A DNA stretch of 64,000 nt from Thecamonas trahens ATCC 50062 (lineage: Eukaryota > Protista > Apusomonadida). The notes beneath the pieces are model-generated. The model did no database searches and was not told the DNA's origin. It worked only from the letters and a program-made list of their open reading frames with translations. The stretch is taken from assembly GCF_000142905.1 (NCBI RefSeq), contig NW_013657652.1, positions 186,001 through 250,000 of the forward strand. Reading direction: 5' to 3'. Made by a program: the position numbers and the translations under genes. Positions 40,852-53,320 of this stretch are shown piece by piece; position 1 is the first letter of the stretch; each line of letters starts with the position of its first letter.

Positions 40852-42174
40852 ATGGCGTCAGATTGGGAGGCCATGGTGGCGCTGGCCGAGGACGGACGCC
40901 ATGCCGAGGCCGTTGCTTATTGGCGGGCGGTGTGCGCCGGCGGTGACGAGACAGTCGAGGTGGCGGACGCAGACGAGGCTGTACTCTCACTGATGGGCGC
41001 TCTGGTCAAGGGCGGTGCAAACGAGTTGGCCATCGAGGTGGTGACCGCCGATGGCGGATGGCCCCGTCCGGGCCCGGTGCTGACCTGCGGAGTCAAGGCG
41101 ATGCTAGCCGAGGCGGACGGTACCGCCGACGGTGAGAGCGCCGACGCGCTTGTCCTCAAGGCCATGGATCTACTGCGGGCCGTGAGCGCCGACGGCGTGC
41201 TGAGCCTCGCTGGGTGCGCCGACGACATGCGGCGGACGATGCGCAGGGTATGGGCTGCATGGAGCAAGCGGCGGATGGAGGGCGTCAAGACGGCCACTGT
41301 GGCCGCGGTCGGCGTCCCGGTCTGCGCCGAGGCGACCGCCGTACTCGTCCGCGCACTCAACGCTGGCGCCACCGCGGGCATCATGCCGGACTTTACCCAC
41401 CCCGGCGCGCTCGCTGGCTACATCGAGCGGCATCTGGTCTCGCGAGCGTCGCGGGTCGCCGACCTCCTGGTCATTCCTCACGCGCCGCACTGGCCATGGC
41501 TCTTCCGCGCGCTCCACAGCCTGTGGACGAGGTCGGACTCGCTTGCAGTCGTCTCGTTTGGTGGCGGGCCAGCCTTTGACTACACCGCGCTGGCGTCGGT
41601 GCGGATGTTTGCGGCACCACGGCTGCCACTCGCTGCACACATCTTTGACTACGAGGTGCAGTGGGAGCCGTTCGCTGACGCGGTTGCTGCTCGCACGGCC
41701 GATGCGTTTCCGGTGGCAGGCGACGGCGCCGACTCGTGCACCTTTGCACGGTGCGACATCACGGTCGGCACCTCCGAGGCAGTCAACGCGTCTGTGCTTC
41801 CCGCAGTAGCGCTTGCCGGGCTTGTCATTGTCTCGTTTGTGGTCGAGGAGAACCGCGTGGCGCTGCGGGCGCGCGACTACGAGTTTTTCCGGCACGCACT
41901 GGCAGCCTCCCCGCCAGGTGCGCTCTGGCTCTTTACCGAGACCTCGCATCGGCAGTGGCCGGATATTGCGCGGGTGGCGCGCGAGGAGTGCGCGGCGCGC
42001 GGCATCGATGCCGCGGTCGCGGTTCCGCGGGTCAAAGGCCGCTCCGGCTACTCGCTGGTGGTGTGGCTGGTTCCGAGCAACGAGGCTACACCTGCAGCAT
42101 CAAGCCACGACGACGAGCTCTTTGCCACCTTTGAACGAGATCTCGCGCTGCACAACAACTCGCTCGCGCCATGA
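40852..42174 (+). CDS. Putative class I SAM-dependent methyltransferase
   Basis: Motif I-like LAVVSFGGGPAFD, acidic IFDYE, FARCDIT, LVIVSFVV, PPGALWLFTE. Confidence 0.65.
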   Translation: MASDWEAMVALAEDGRHAEAVAYWRAVCAGGDETVEVADADEAVLSLMGALVKGGANELAIEVVTADGGWPRPGPVLTCGVKAMLAEADGTADGESADALVLKAMDLLRAVSADGVLSLAGCADDMRRTMRRVWAAWSKRRMEGVKTATVAAVGVPVCAEATAVLVRALNAGATAGIMPDFTHPGALAGYIERHLVSRASRVADLLVIPHAPHWPWLFRALHSLWTRSDSLAVVSFGGGPAFDYTALASVRMFAAPRLPLAAHIFDYEVQWEPFADAVAARTADAFPVAGDGADSCTFARCDITVGTSEAVNASVLPAVALAGLVIVSFVVEENRVALRARDYEFFRHALAASPPGALWLFTETSHRQWPDIARVAREECAARGIDAAVAVPRVKGRSGYSLVVWLVPSNEATPAASSHDDELFATFERDLALHNNSLAP

Positions 42175-42194
42175 GGGCGGCCGACGAGACGCAG

Positions 42195-43325
42195 TTACGC
42201 CGAGTCAAGGAGGTGCGCTAGCGGCGAGATGGCCGCGGCGCGGCCTAGGGCGACAAACAAGCAGTCCCAGAACGCAATCGTGTCGACCGAGGAGGCGACC
42301 CAGACGTTGGGCGCCTTGCCGGAGCTGTGCCACCGGTCGACAACGGTCTGGCCTTCGCAAAGCGAGCCGCGGGCGGTCTCGACGTCAACGCGGAAGTGCT
42401 CCTCTTTGAAGGCGCCTGGCGCGAGGACACGGAAGATGGCGACCGGGTCGTGGACCGGCGGTGCGTCAAAGCCAAAGACCTCGCGGTAGGTGGAGGCAAA
42501 AAAGGTCATGAGTGAATGGATGACCTTGCGGAATGGAGTATCGTCCATCTCGGCGAGCCGCGCAGCCTGCGACTCGTCGTAAAGCACGGTGTGAGTCACC
42601 TCGAGCGGTACCATGTGCAGCGGAACAGGGCAGTTCTCAAACACCATGGCCGCCGCCGTCGGGTCCATCTGGATGTTAAACTCGGCCACGGGCGAGGTGT
42701 TGCCGACACCAGTCGAAGCGCCACCCATAAAGACAACCCGCTCCAGGATCTGAGCCATCTTGACCGGAAAGAGCGAGAAGAGGAGCGCGACGTTGGTGAG
42801 TGGGCCGGTGGCAACGAGAGTGATCTTGCGCCCGGTCTCGGCATGAACCCGCGCCATCTCGGTCGCCATCACCACTGCCGCTGGGCCGGGCATCTCACCG
42901 CGAGCCCTGCCCGCCAGCCCATCACCGACGTCGCCGGCAACAAGCTTGCGGACAGCATCCAGCTCCTCCGATCCGCCGAGCCCGCACTCGCCATGGATCT
43001 CGGCGCACGCACCGCGCGGCGGGGCGAGGAGCGGCTTGTCCGCGCCCCGCACAAGGACACATCGCTTGGTCATCGCACCTTGCTTGGTCTCCTCCCCATT
43101 GCTCTCAGCAGCCGGTCCGGCCGACTCGGTGGTAGTTGGCGTGATGCCCAGCATGGCGAGGACGGCCGCGGCGTTGGCCGTCGTCTTTGCCACCGACTGG
43201 TTTCCACCCACCGTGGAGACTCCGATGAGGTCCAGCGACGGCGCAAACGCCGCAAGCACCAGCGCCAGCGCGTCGTCGTGTCCTGGGTCGCAGTCGAGCC
43301 ACAGCGGAGTCATCATATCGGCCAT
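42195..43325 (-). CDS. Inosine/uridine-preferring nucleoside hydrolase
   Basis: WLDCDPGHDDALA, IHGECGLG, ATGPLTNVA, GNTSPVAEFNI, VHDPVA. Confidence 0.93.
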   Translation of the reverse strand: MADMMTPLWLDCDPGHDDALALVLAAFAPSLDLIGVSTVGGNQSVAKTTANAAAVLAMLGITPTTTESAGPAAESNGEETKQGAMTKRCVLVRGADKPLLAPPRGACAEIHGECGLGGSEELDAVRKLVAGDVGDGLAGRARGEMPGPAAVVMATEMARVHAETGRKITLVATGPLTNVALLFSLFPVKMAQILERVVFMGGASTGVGNTSPVAEFNIQMDPTAAAMVFENCPVPLHMVPLEVTHTVLYDESQAARLAEMDDTPFRKVIHSLMTFFASTYREVFGFDAPPVHDPVAIFRVLAPGAFKEEHFRVDVETARGSLCEGQTVVDRWHSSGKAPNVWVASSVDTIAFWDCLFVALGRAAAISPLAHLLDSA

Positions 43326-43630
43326 GGTCGTGCGGGTCGAGTTGAGTGTGGCCACACTCGAGTAGCCCACGCCAATGACGCTGCCGCTGACCCAGCACAG
43401 ACGCTACAGGGAAACCGGATTTCGGCCTCTACACCACACAGAGCGTGGCCTCAGACCAGATGCCATGATCGACCAATGGATAGGCCATCACCGCTAGCCG
43501 GGCAGCCATCGCAGCCATCAGCTAGCCATTTGGCGCCTCCTCCCTCCTCCCTGGAAACAGCGGCAAGTCGTCGCCGACCACAACCACTCCACCTCCTGGC
43601 ACCATCCACATCAGCACCCATACCCACGCT

Positions 43631-44785
43631 ATGCACAGGGGACAGGGTCGATTGCGGTCGTCACAGCTGGCGTCTCTGGCAGCGGCACCCGTGCCTGTCC
43701 TCGCCTCGGAGAACGCTGACCTCTCCGCCGACCTCTCTGCCTTCCTCGCGCCTGTCTGGGCACACCACCGCCACCAGCAGCACCAGCCACACGCGCCTGA
43801 CATCTACAGCCACCGCCACGAGCCCGGTGGCGTTGGCCACTCAAACTCACCGCCGCATAGCTTGATACTCTCGCCGGATACCCCGCCGCGCTCCCGCTCC
43901 CGCAGTCGCAGTCGCAGCCGAGACCGCCATCCGACGCTCCCGCCGTGGCCGCTGCAGCCGCCGGCATCGGCTTACGCCGCGGAAAAGGAGCTCCTCGCCC
44001 GAATCGTGGCTGCACCGCCGTCTGCTTCCACCACCACCATTGCTACCACCACTGCTACTTCGGCAAGGCCAAGCGGCCTCTCGTCGCCGCACCGCGAGCT
44101 GTCGCCGTCGCCAGTCCGTCCGCTGCCGCAGTCATGGTCGCCGATCCAATTCTCGCCCCAAGCTGGCTCGCCGCAAGTCGACCTTGTGCTCAAGTCCCCG
44201 GTGCCGGCCTCGACGGGAGTCCGCGACCCGCACACCGCTGCCCTGGCGTCATCGGTTTCGTCTCTGGCCGCCAAGGTTGACGCCACCCATCGCATGCTAG
44301 AGCAGATCCAGGCCGCCACTGCTGCAGCGCCACGTCCCGCGCAGCAGCCTCTGCCACGGTCACGGCATCACATCCCGCTTCGCCACGCAACAGCAGCTCA
44401 GCCACAACCACAGCTGCACCCGCTTCCACCCCCGCCTCGTCGCTCTCCTCTGCCCCGACCCGACAACGACAGGCTCGCGCAGCTGTCTTCGCTGATGAAG
44501 GCCTCGCGCGCGTCAGCCATTACCCCGGCCAGCAGCGGCCCACGCCTCCGCTCGCGATTCCTCCTCCCATCGCCGCATCGCCCGCGCCCACCACCTCCAC
44601 CGTCGACAGTCACTGCGCTCCCGCCCCCTGTCGTCACGCCTCCACCACCCGTCGTCGCCCCAGTCGCCGCGACCCACTCTTCAGTCCCCCATCCTGCGCC
44701 CTCGCGAGTGCCCGCGGTCTCCGATCTCCTCCACAAGTTCCGCTCCGCCCTCGACGCCATCGACCCCACCCTGTGGGACCTCTGA
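43631..44785 (+). CDS. Hypothetical Pro/Ser-rich disordered protein; start uncertain
   Basis: 384-aa ORF filling the gap between genes; short coiled coil; C-terminal DLLHKFRSALDAIDPTLWDL. Confidence 0.5.
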   Translation: MHRGQGRLRSSQLASLAAAPVPVLASENADLSADLSAFLAPVWAHHRHQQHQPHAPDIYSHRHEPGGVGHSNSPPHSLILSPDTPPRSRSRSRSRSRDRHPTLPPWPLQPPASAYAAEKELLARIVAAPPSASTTTIATTTATSARPSGLSSPHRELSPSPVRPLPQSWSPIQFSPQAGSPQVDLVLKSPVPASTGVRDPHTAALASSVSSLAAKVDATHRMLEQIQAATAAAPRPAQQPLPRSRHHIPLRHATAAQPQPQLHPLPPPPRRSPLPRPDNDRLAQLSSLMKASRASAITPASSGPRLRSRFLLPSPHRPRPPPPPSTVTALPPPVVTPPPPVVAPVAATHSSVPHPAPSRVPAVSDLLHKFRSALDAIDPTLWDL

Positions 44786-45053
44786 GTCAATCCTCCTCTC
44801 ATCCCCATCATCAGCAAAGGCAAATAACGTTGCAACGTTTCGGCGCAACAGCCGGTCCGCCGGCGAACCGCATCAATTCAGCAACGTGTGATTGGCATGG
44901 CAACCATGACAGCAGAGCCTTGCTCCACCACGGCGAGACACCTCACGCCACCAGGCCCACGTCTGCCACCCGGAAGCGCCACACGCACCACTCGCCTGCA
45001 CCGGTCTCTCGGGCAACGCCTGTCTCCACGCCACACACGCAAGCGTCCGAGCC

Positions 45054-45749
45054 ATGGGCGGGGCGTGCGCCAAGTCGCCAGGTGGCTCGCGCCGCATTGA
45101 ACCGGTCTCCTCAAGCGCACGGGCCACGTCCGCTGACGGACAGGCCACGGGGAGGAGCAAAAGGGGACAGCACGTTGGATTCTCAGAGGATGAGGAGTCG
45201 TGGAACGAAGACGAGGACTCTATGTCCGATGACGGGAGCGCAAGCAGTGGCCGAGGCGGGAGCAGGTCTCGCGAGAGGAAGGCCAAGGGCAAGGCTAACG
45301 GCAAGAAGACCAAAGGCAAGACCAAGACCAAGACCAAGGATAAGGACAAGAAGAAGAAGAAGAAGAAGGTCAAGATGCTACAGGGGCACAAAAAGAAGAA
45401 CAAGCAGCTCAAGGCCCTTCCCAAGCCTGATGGTGTCACCCTCTCCAACGAGCAGAAGCGGCTGCTCAACATCGACAACTCGTCGCGCCACAATGTGCTC
45501 CTTGTCGACGGGGATGTCGACGCCCTCACCTCACCACCATCGGGCGCAGACACCTCGGGCACCATCCCCGACGGCGATCGCGACCAGACATCACTCCTCG
45601 CCCCTCCGGCCCGCCCCAATGCCGCCCGCAGGCCTGCCCCGGGCCCGCCCGCTACCAACAGCACCGAGCCGCGCCCGATGCTCGTCATCACCGAGCCGAC
45701 CTTTCTTGGCATGGATGATGCACTCTCCGCCAAGCGAACACCCTCGTGA
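45054..45749 (+). CDS. Hypothetical Lys-rich protein with possible N-terminal acylation (MGGAC)
   Basis: 231-aa ORF, Gly2 and Cys5, poly-Lys tract. Confidence 0.65.
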   Translation: MGGACAKSPGGSRRIEPVSSSARATSADGQATGRSKRGQHVGFSEDEESWNEDEDSMSDDGSASSGRGGSRSRERKAKGKANGKKTKGKTKTKTKDKDKKKKKKKVKMLQGHKKKNKQLKALPKPDGVTLSNEQKRLLNIDNSSRHNVLLVDGDVDALTSPPSGADTSGTIPDGDRDQTSLLAPPARPNAARRPAPGPPATNSTEPRPMLVITEPTFLGMDDALSAKRTPS

Positions 45750-46035
45750 CGTTTTGCCCTGTCTCTTCCGCCCCCCTGGATCCATCCGGCTCCCGTGACG
45801 TCCCAACCGGACCGATGTCGCGCCGCGCGACTCCTTGCCCCTACGATCCCACCTCTCTTCGCCAAGCTGGGATCCCTTGTGAAAAGATCCATTACCTTTC
45901 CCCCCCGTCACGGCCTGTCGCCAAAAAGGACGTCGTCCATTGACCGAACACCCGCCCCTCCCCCCCTCCCCCCGCACCATATCCGACATACAGGAGCAGG
46001 CTCGGCACACTCAACTGCGCTGGCCGGGCAAGGCT

Positions 46036-49000
46036 ATGACGTCGTCACGGACCGGACGTGGGTCCGGGCGTGGGTCCGGGCGGCGGTCCGGCGCTTCCAA
46101 CGAGTTGTACGGGGCGTCACGGGCACTACAGCGGGCGGTGACTGTCCAGCACCTGCGCGCCGCCATGGGGCTGGCCGAGTCGTCGTCGATGCGCCTGCAT
46201 CCATACCTGCTCAAGGCTGCTCTTCCGTCATGGCTGCAGCATGCGTGCCTCTCGCGCAACGCGTTGGCGGCCCATGCTGCGGGCACATATCCCCGCGACG
46301 CCGCGCGTGCTCTCCTCCGCCTCGCGGCCGACACCCTTGTCGCCGCACTCGGCGCGGGCTTGGAGATCGGGCCGCTCGCCACCGCCGCCGCCGCCGTTCT
46401 CGCTCATCCGCGAGCTCCAGTCTACGCATCGGACCCTGAAGGGGGGCCAGACCTGGTCTCGGTCTCTGACTCGGACGAGTCATCCGACTCGGACTCGCCG
46501 CTGCCGCCATCGTCGGCCACCACATACTCGGCCCAGTCGGTGGCGCTCGAATGGCTGACCGGCGACGTCGTCGCTGCCCTTGCATCCCGCCTCGACTCGG
46601 ATGCCGCGTCCGATGGTGATGGCGATGGCGATGGCGACTCGCAGCCGCTCCCGCCACCGTCGCTGGAGACGCTCGCCGGCGTCGCCCGGCTCCTTGTCCG
46701 CACCTACGTCTACGTCGACTCGAACGCATGGTCGACGGTGTGGACGGGCGGCCTGGCCACGGTAGCGACGGGGCTCATGACCCATGTTCTCCGTACCTCA
46801 GATGCTGGCATTCCATTCCGGCGCCTCCGGCCGATCGAGACCAACCTGACTGCTGTGCTCGAGGCCGCACTCGGCACCGAAGGCGCCACTGAGTTCATGG
46901 TCGACGCTGCCCTCAGCACGGCCGTCGACGCCTTTGCGCCGTCAAATGACTTGCGGGAGCGGCTCTCGGGCCTCACTACCCTCGTCTCGTTTGTCGAGGC
47001 GCTCCAGGCCGGCGTCGCACCGGAGCGGGTCTTCACCCCACCTGTTCCGGCGAAGCACCTGCTCGACGTTCTCGAGCGCGGCAAGGTGGTCGAAGGCCTG
47101 TTTGGCGTCGGCTTTCACTCGCGACTCATCGCGCCAGGCTTTGCACTCTTCCGCTTCCTCGCAGAAGTTGGCAAGCTCGAACCGGCCCATCTCTCGTCGC
47201 TCTGGGCTGCCGTCACCGGCAAGCACGAGTCGGTCCGGTCTACTCTGTTTGACGGTTTGCTCTCCCTTGTCCCATGCCTCTCGCGCGCAGAAGTCGACGT
47301 CCTCTACCCGCTCATTGTGGCGACACCACCGGGCGAGCTCGACGCGCTGGCCATCGAGTTTGTGGCCCAGTTCGCTGCGCTTGTCGCCGCAGGCCTTGCC
47401 GCCCGCGCCGAAGCCTCGCTCGCTTACGGCCTTGACTACCTCTGGTCGCTCATCATCGAGCCGGGAAGTGTCTCAGCGGCACTGGTGGCGGTTGCCTCGG
47501 ACGCCTTTGTCGGCCTTCTCTCGCAGCGGGTCTTTCTCGCCCGGCGGAAGCAGTACCTTGAGGCCGCCATCGGCAACGTCACGGCAGGCCGGTCTGTTCC
47601 GGCCTCGCTTCGGTTCTTTGTCTCGCTCCTCAAGACCTTTCCGGCCTCGGGCTCTCGATTCACCACCTCGGCCTCGTCGCTCATCAAGACACTCAACGAC
47701 TCGCATGACCTCCTGGGCACGCTCCTGGACAACGCCGTCACATTTGCTACCATGCCGGGAGCCGAGCTCCCGCCGCCGTTCTCGCGGGCTGAGCACGTGG
47801 CGGCACGCCTCGACGCGCTGTACTTTATCCTGCTCTCGTCGTCGCTCACCATGACCAAAGCTCACGTCGATGCCTTCTGGCGCGCGTTTGTCACGGGCGC
47901 CACCTGCCAGGCCGAGCGCGCCGCCACCCTCGAGTGGTTGCATCGGACACGCGTTGGTCGATGCGACTCGGACTCGAGCTTTGTGGCGTTTGACGAGAAA
48001 GTTTCTCGCTACGTTTTCCAGTCCAAGATGCTCGACACCATGGACGTGGCATGGCTTAACCCACCGGGTTACGCGCTCTTCCAGCGCTACTTTGTCTCGG
48101 TCAACACCGCCAACTCGTCGATCGAGCTCGTCGATGACGGCACCGGCTCGGTTCCTTACCGCCTCAAGAAACCCAAGAAAGCGGTCGGCCTCCCGTACCT
48201 GTGGGACATTATCTTACTCAACCAAGACGACGAGGTGTGGAGCCTTGCGCTCGATTGCCTGGCTTCGCTCTACCACAACATCCCGAGCCGCAAGCGCAAG
48301 CTGCGCGCCTCCTTTTATGGCCTCGCCATCCAGCATCTTGGTAATGCTCCGAACGAGGGCGTCATCTGTCGGGTACTCGCTATCCTTATAGCGCTGGCCA
48401 AACCCGAGTCGTCGTCGACGACGTCGGTCGGCGGCGCCAACGCTTCGCCGGCGCCACTCCGCCCACCGCTTGCACTCCACATTGTAGCTCCGGCACATGA
48501 TCCGCCGGCCCGGTTCAGAATCCGCGCTCGTGGCAGCCTCCGTCTCGGTGGCCTCCGCACCGCCATCGCGCGCCGGCTCAACCTTCCGTCGTGGTCGCAC
48601 TCGCTGCTCAAGCTCGTCTCGGGCGGCCGCGAGCTTGCACCGGCTGACGATCAAGCCTTTCTTGCCGAGCTCGATCTCGAACCGGCAGCGGTGGTGTACG
48701 CGTTGGATCCACCGCCCAAGACGTTGCGTGCCGGCCCTGAGGCGCTCGCGTCCGCCGCCTCGCCGCGGTCGTCGCGCGATGCTCCGCATGGTGTGGTGCT
48801 CTCGCCGCTCGAAGTGCCGCCGCCAAATAGCAGCGGCGGCGGAGGTCTCCGCCGCTCGCTCTCCAACTCGTCGTCGCTCTCAGAGTACTTTTTGGGCTCG
48901 GACCCAGAGGCGTCACCGTCAATCTCATCCGGCCTCTCTACGCCCGAACCTATGTTTCATGCGCTAGCGGCTCATGGCGGCCATGTCCTGACATCGCCAG

Positions 49001-51565
49001 AGAACTTTGCCGTCTTTGCCTCGCTCCTCTCTCACTCGGAGCCGGTGGCCAAGCTCACGCTCGAGCTCCTCTCGCTTGTTCCGACCAACGCCACCAAGTT
49101 TGCTGCGTATGAGGCGATTATGCGCGACTCGAACGGAGCCGTCTTAGAGTGGGCGGCAGATCCAGACGATCGGCTCGAGTTTACGCCAGCCCAGCGCGCG
49201 AGCCTCAGCCTGCCGACCTCGCACTGGGCTGAGCTCTTCCCCTCGGACGCCCCATGGGTCCTTCTCTACTCGCTCCGGCTAGTGTGCTCCATTCTCGACT
49301 CGGACGACGAGCCTGCGCGCGCGCTTGCATGGTCGCGTGCCTTTGTGGTTCGCGGCGGGGTCTCATGGCTGGTCAACATCCTCGTCTCTGTTCTTCTCAC
49401 GCCCGAGGCACAGCACTCGGCCGAGTGGAGGAGCCCGACCTCGCACATTCTCCGGGTCCTCACGACTCTTGGCATCGAGCTCCACGATGTGTCGGCACAC
49501 TCGCTCCGGCGGTCGCTGGCTGCTGTCATCCCGACAGCGACTCTACCAGCCTCTGTGGAGGCAGGCACCATGCTTGCCCAGCAGACTGTGGCCGACGGCG
49601 AGCTCCCGGTCCTCCGGCCCTCACTCCTTGCTTTTGCCGACATCGACGGCGCATCGCTCGTCTCGGTCTTGCTGGACATTGTGCGGACCGAGGCGGGCGG
49701 ATCGAGCGAGCACTCTGCCGACGCTGTCCGCGTTGCCGACACCATGTCGCTCCTGCTGGGCCTTGCCCTCGCCGATCCCGGCCTTGCTGCTGCCTGGTTG
49801 GAGACGCCTGACCTCGGCGGGTGGCTGGAGGCGGCGGTGGTGCGAGCCGAGGCTCCATCAATTCGCGCTATTGTTGCGCATCGTGTTCACCAGCTGGCAG
49901 CGTGGAACGGTGGCGGATTTGATCGCGGATGCGACGCGGCCTCCCCGCAGCAGCTCTTCCTCAACCTGGTTGTCGACATGCTGCCTGCTGTGGCCGAGGC
50001 GCCGGCCATGGCCGCGCAGTACTTTGTCCTCTTCCGCAACCTCATTGATGATGCTGGCCACACATCCGGTACCAGCCTTGCCGATCTTATCGACGTCGCC
50101 GACGTGGTTGAGCAGCTGCTCTCATTTATTGGGCCAGAACGGTCGGACGCGGCTCCCGCGTGCGAGGCCGTGGCGGTCGGAGTCTTTTCGGCTCTTGCTG
50201 CGCTCATGCGCTCTCTGCCCGAGGTCAAGGCCGTTGACGGCCCACGAGTGCTGGAGCTTGTCATGGGCCACTGCTTGTTTGGCGTAGAGGGCGAGCTGCC
50301 GCATTGCAAAACGGCCGAAGCACGACGAGCCGGCTTTGCGCTGGTCATCGAGCTCGCGCGCGGTTGCTCGACCAACCTCGGTATGTTGCTGCGGACGGTA
50401 CAGCAGTGCGTGTCTGCGGCGTCGGCGCTGGCTGCCTCGTCGTGGGCGTTTGAGCCTCGCAAGCTCGCCCGCGACGGGTGTGGCTACGTCGGTCTGATCA
50501 ATCTCGGGGCAACGTGCTACATGAACGCGACGCTGCAGCAGCTGTTCTGCCTCCAGCCGCTCCGCGACGGCCTGCTCTCTGCAGTCTCGACACTCCCGCA
50601 CAAGGCCGCGACGGCGCTTCCAGTCTCGCCGCTGGTTTCGCCATTGATTGTCGAGCCGTCGCCGGCACCGCCGCAACCGGGGCAGCTCCTGTTTCGACTG
50701 CAGCACACGTTTGCGGCGCTCGCGCTCTCGCAGTACAAGTACTGGGATACGAGTGCGCTGATGGCGGTTATGCCCGGGCTCGGTGGCGAGCCGCTCGACG
50801 TTGCCGTCCAGCAGGATGCCAACGAGTTTCTCAACGTGCTCTTTGACTCGCTTGAGACTGCGCTCAAGGGCACCCCTCAGGCTGCGCTTGTCTCATCGCT
50901 CTTTGCAGGTCGGCTCACGAACCAAATCCTCTCGCAGGGCTGCGAACACACGTCGGAGCGCGACGAGCCGTTTTACACGCTCTCGTTGGAAATCAAGAAC
51001 AAGGCGAACCTTGCCGAGTCCCTCGAACTGTTTGTGCAGGGCGAGATGCTCGACGGCGCCAACCAGTACAAGTGCTCCGCATGCGACGCCCACGTCGACG
51101 CCATCAAGCGACTGGTTATTGCCGACCTGCCGCCGGTCCTTGTTCTCCACCTCAAGCGGTTTGACTTTGATTTGATGACGCTGACAAGGACTAAGATCAA
51201 CTCGCGGCTGGCGTACCCCCATGAGCTGGACATGGCGCCTTACATGATCGAAGATCCTGAGCGCGAGCCGGGCGCTACTCAGTACCAGCTCCGTGGCGTG
51301 CTTGTGCATCTCGGCTCGGCCGACTCGGGCCACTACTACTCGTTCATCCGCACCGGATCGGCCGAGTGGTTCGAATTCAACGACACGCTTGTCGAGCCGT
51401 TTGACGCCCGTGATTTGCCCGACGCCACCTTTGGCGGAGAACGGGTGCGGCCGGACGGCAATCGGATGCCGGCGACATATTCAGCGTACATGCTTTTCTA
51501 CGAGCGGGTTGGATGGGTGCCTCCAGCAGTGGCATCGCCGACGCCGGCGCGGCCGCGGGTGGCCA

Positions 51566-51599
<34 letters not shown>

Positions 51600-53151
51600 T
51601 GGTGTCATCGCACCCCCGTCTCCACTCGGTGTCCCCGCGCTCGGCTTTCCGTCGTACTCGGATGACGACGACGGTGAGATAGAGGGCGAAGCTTACGACA
51701 GCAGCGACAGCGACGATGGCGGTAGTGGTAGCGACAGCAGCGAAAGCTGCGCCAACGACGGCCCGGCGCCGGCTAGGTCGCAGAGCTCGTTTAGCTTTGA
51801 CAGCTCGTCGGACGGTCCGGTGGGAAGCGAGCTCCCGCCGCGGGCTGTGCGCGAAGGCACTGCGGCGCCCGCGAACATGCTTGAAGTGTTTGGGCAGGAG
51901 ATGGGCGCGGCGAACGCGGAGCTTGTTCGAGTCCAGTCTGTCTTTAACCGTGAGTTCTACGGCTTCATGTGGGACATGCTGCACCTCGATGAGGTGGCCG
52001 GGACCAGCGCCGGTGGGACGACAATTGAGCTCGATTCACTGCGGCTCCCAGCGGGAGTGCTGCTGGGAACTGAGTTTGTGTTGTTTGTTCTTGCGCACGA
52101 CGCGAGCAAGCCGCTGCTCAATGAGTGGGTGGAGCACTTGCGACGGGCGTACTCGGGTAACCAGCACGCGCTGTTGTGGTGGCTCCGGCTCCTCGCGCAG
52201 CCACATTCGAACCTTCTCGAGTCGCTATTCTTGCGATGTCCTGTCGACGGGGTGCGGCGATTGGTGGTGGACCTGACGCGCGCGGCAGTGTCTACGGTCG
52301 CCGATGGCGAGGACGCGGTTGGCGCTAGCGTGGGTGCGGACACCGAGTCCGGGGTGGTCGCCCGTGGGCGCGAGTGGGTGTCGACGGTGCTTGAGAAGCT
52401 GATGCTGCTGCTGGACTCTGCGCTTACGCTCGCAGCACGTGAGAAGAGCTCATTGGGCGCCGAAGACGCGCTGCTGCTGCTGCGAAACATGCTCAGTGGG
52501 CACGACGCGCGCGAGCTTGCGCTCGGGCGGGGACTGGTCTCTGCGCTGGTGGCCAAGGTGCGTGGTCGAGCATGGACGAGGCTTCGGCGGTCGGCCGCGG
52601 CGTACGCAGCCATTCCGTACTCTGCGGGTGACTCGAGCCGGCGCAAGCGAGGCGAAGCGCTGGTGCGCAACGCGCTGCTGTGGATGCTCTCGGAGCTGGT
52701 GCGGACGATGTCGACCGGCGCGCCCGACAACCTCGGGCCGTCGCCAACCCAAATGGCTGGTCCGCTGGTGGTTGTCGCCGAAGCCGAGCTGGCAGCAGTC
52801 TCCACCACATCGACCTTGGAGGAGCTGGTCAAGGTGATGGAGACCCGCGAGTCTCGCGAGTGTCCGGTCGCTGCCCTCCTTCTTCATCTCGCCTGGGGCC
52901 ACCGCGGCATGACCAAGCGCCAGGTTAAGGCTGTCCGCAACGTACTCACCTACACCGTCGACGCCGGGCTCCGCTATCTTGAGCAACTCCTCACTCTCGA
53001 CGACGGATATGCCGACTGGCGGCGCGCACACATCTGCAGTCGCCTCGAGGGCGATCTTGCCGCAGCACACCGGCTCTCGCCGCTTCGGCGAGCTCTCCCG
53101 GCCTGGCTCGACCGTCACTCGCCGCACGCGATTTCCCAGCCCGAGACGTGA
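46036..53151 (+). CDS. Large ubiquitin-specific protease, USP9/24/34 type (peptidase C19)
   Basis: Cys box GLINLGATCYMNATLQQLF, QQDANEF, HLKRFDFD, His box VHLGSADSGHYYSFIR, WFEFND, AYMLFYER; long helical N-terminus. Confidence 0.92.
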
Positions 53152-53320
53152 TCCGACCGCCCGCATCCGAGGCGGTAACAGGAGGTCGGGTGCGGAGCGG
53201 CAGCTCTGGCATGATGGTAAATGAAGTATGAGGTAGTCAACCCGCCGTGACCCCGAAATGTAGTGAACGGGAGAGGTCCCGTCGTCCCAACGCAGTGCGG
53301 CCGCCACTCGTCGCTCGGCC

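Noticed and set aside
43563-43638. Possible GC-AG intron (GCAAGT..CAG) upstream of the Pro-rich ORF
   Set aside because: The upstream frame meets a TAG with no ATG, so it cannot be supported as coding
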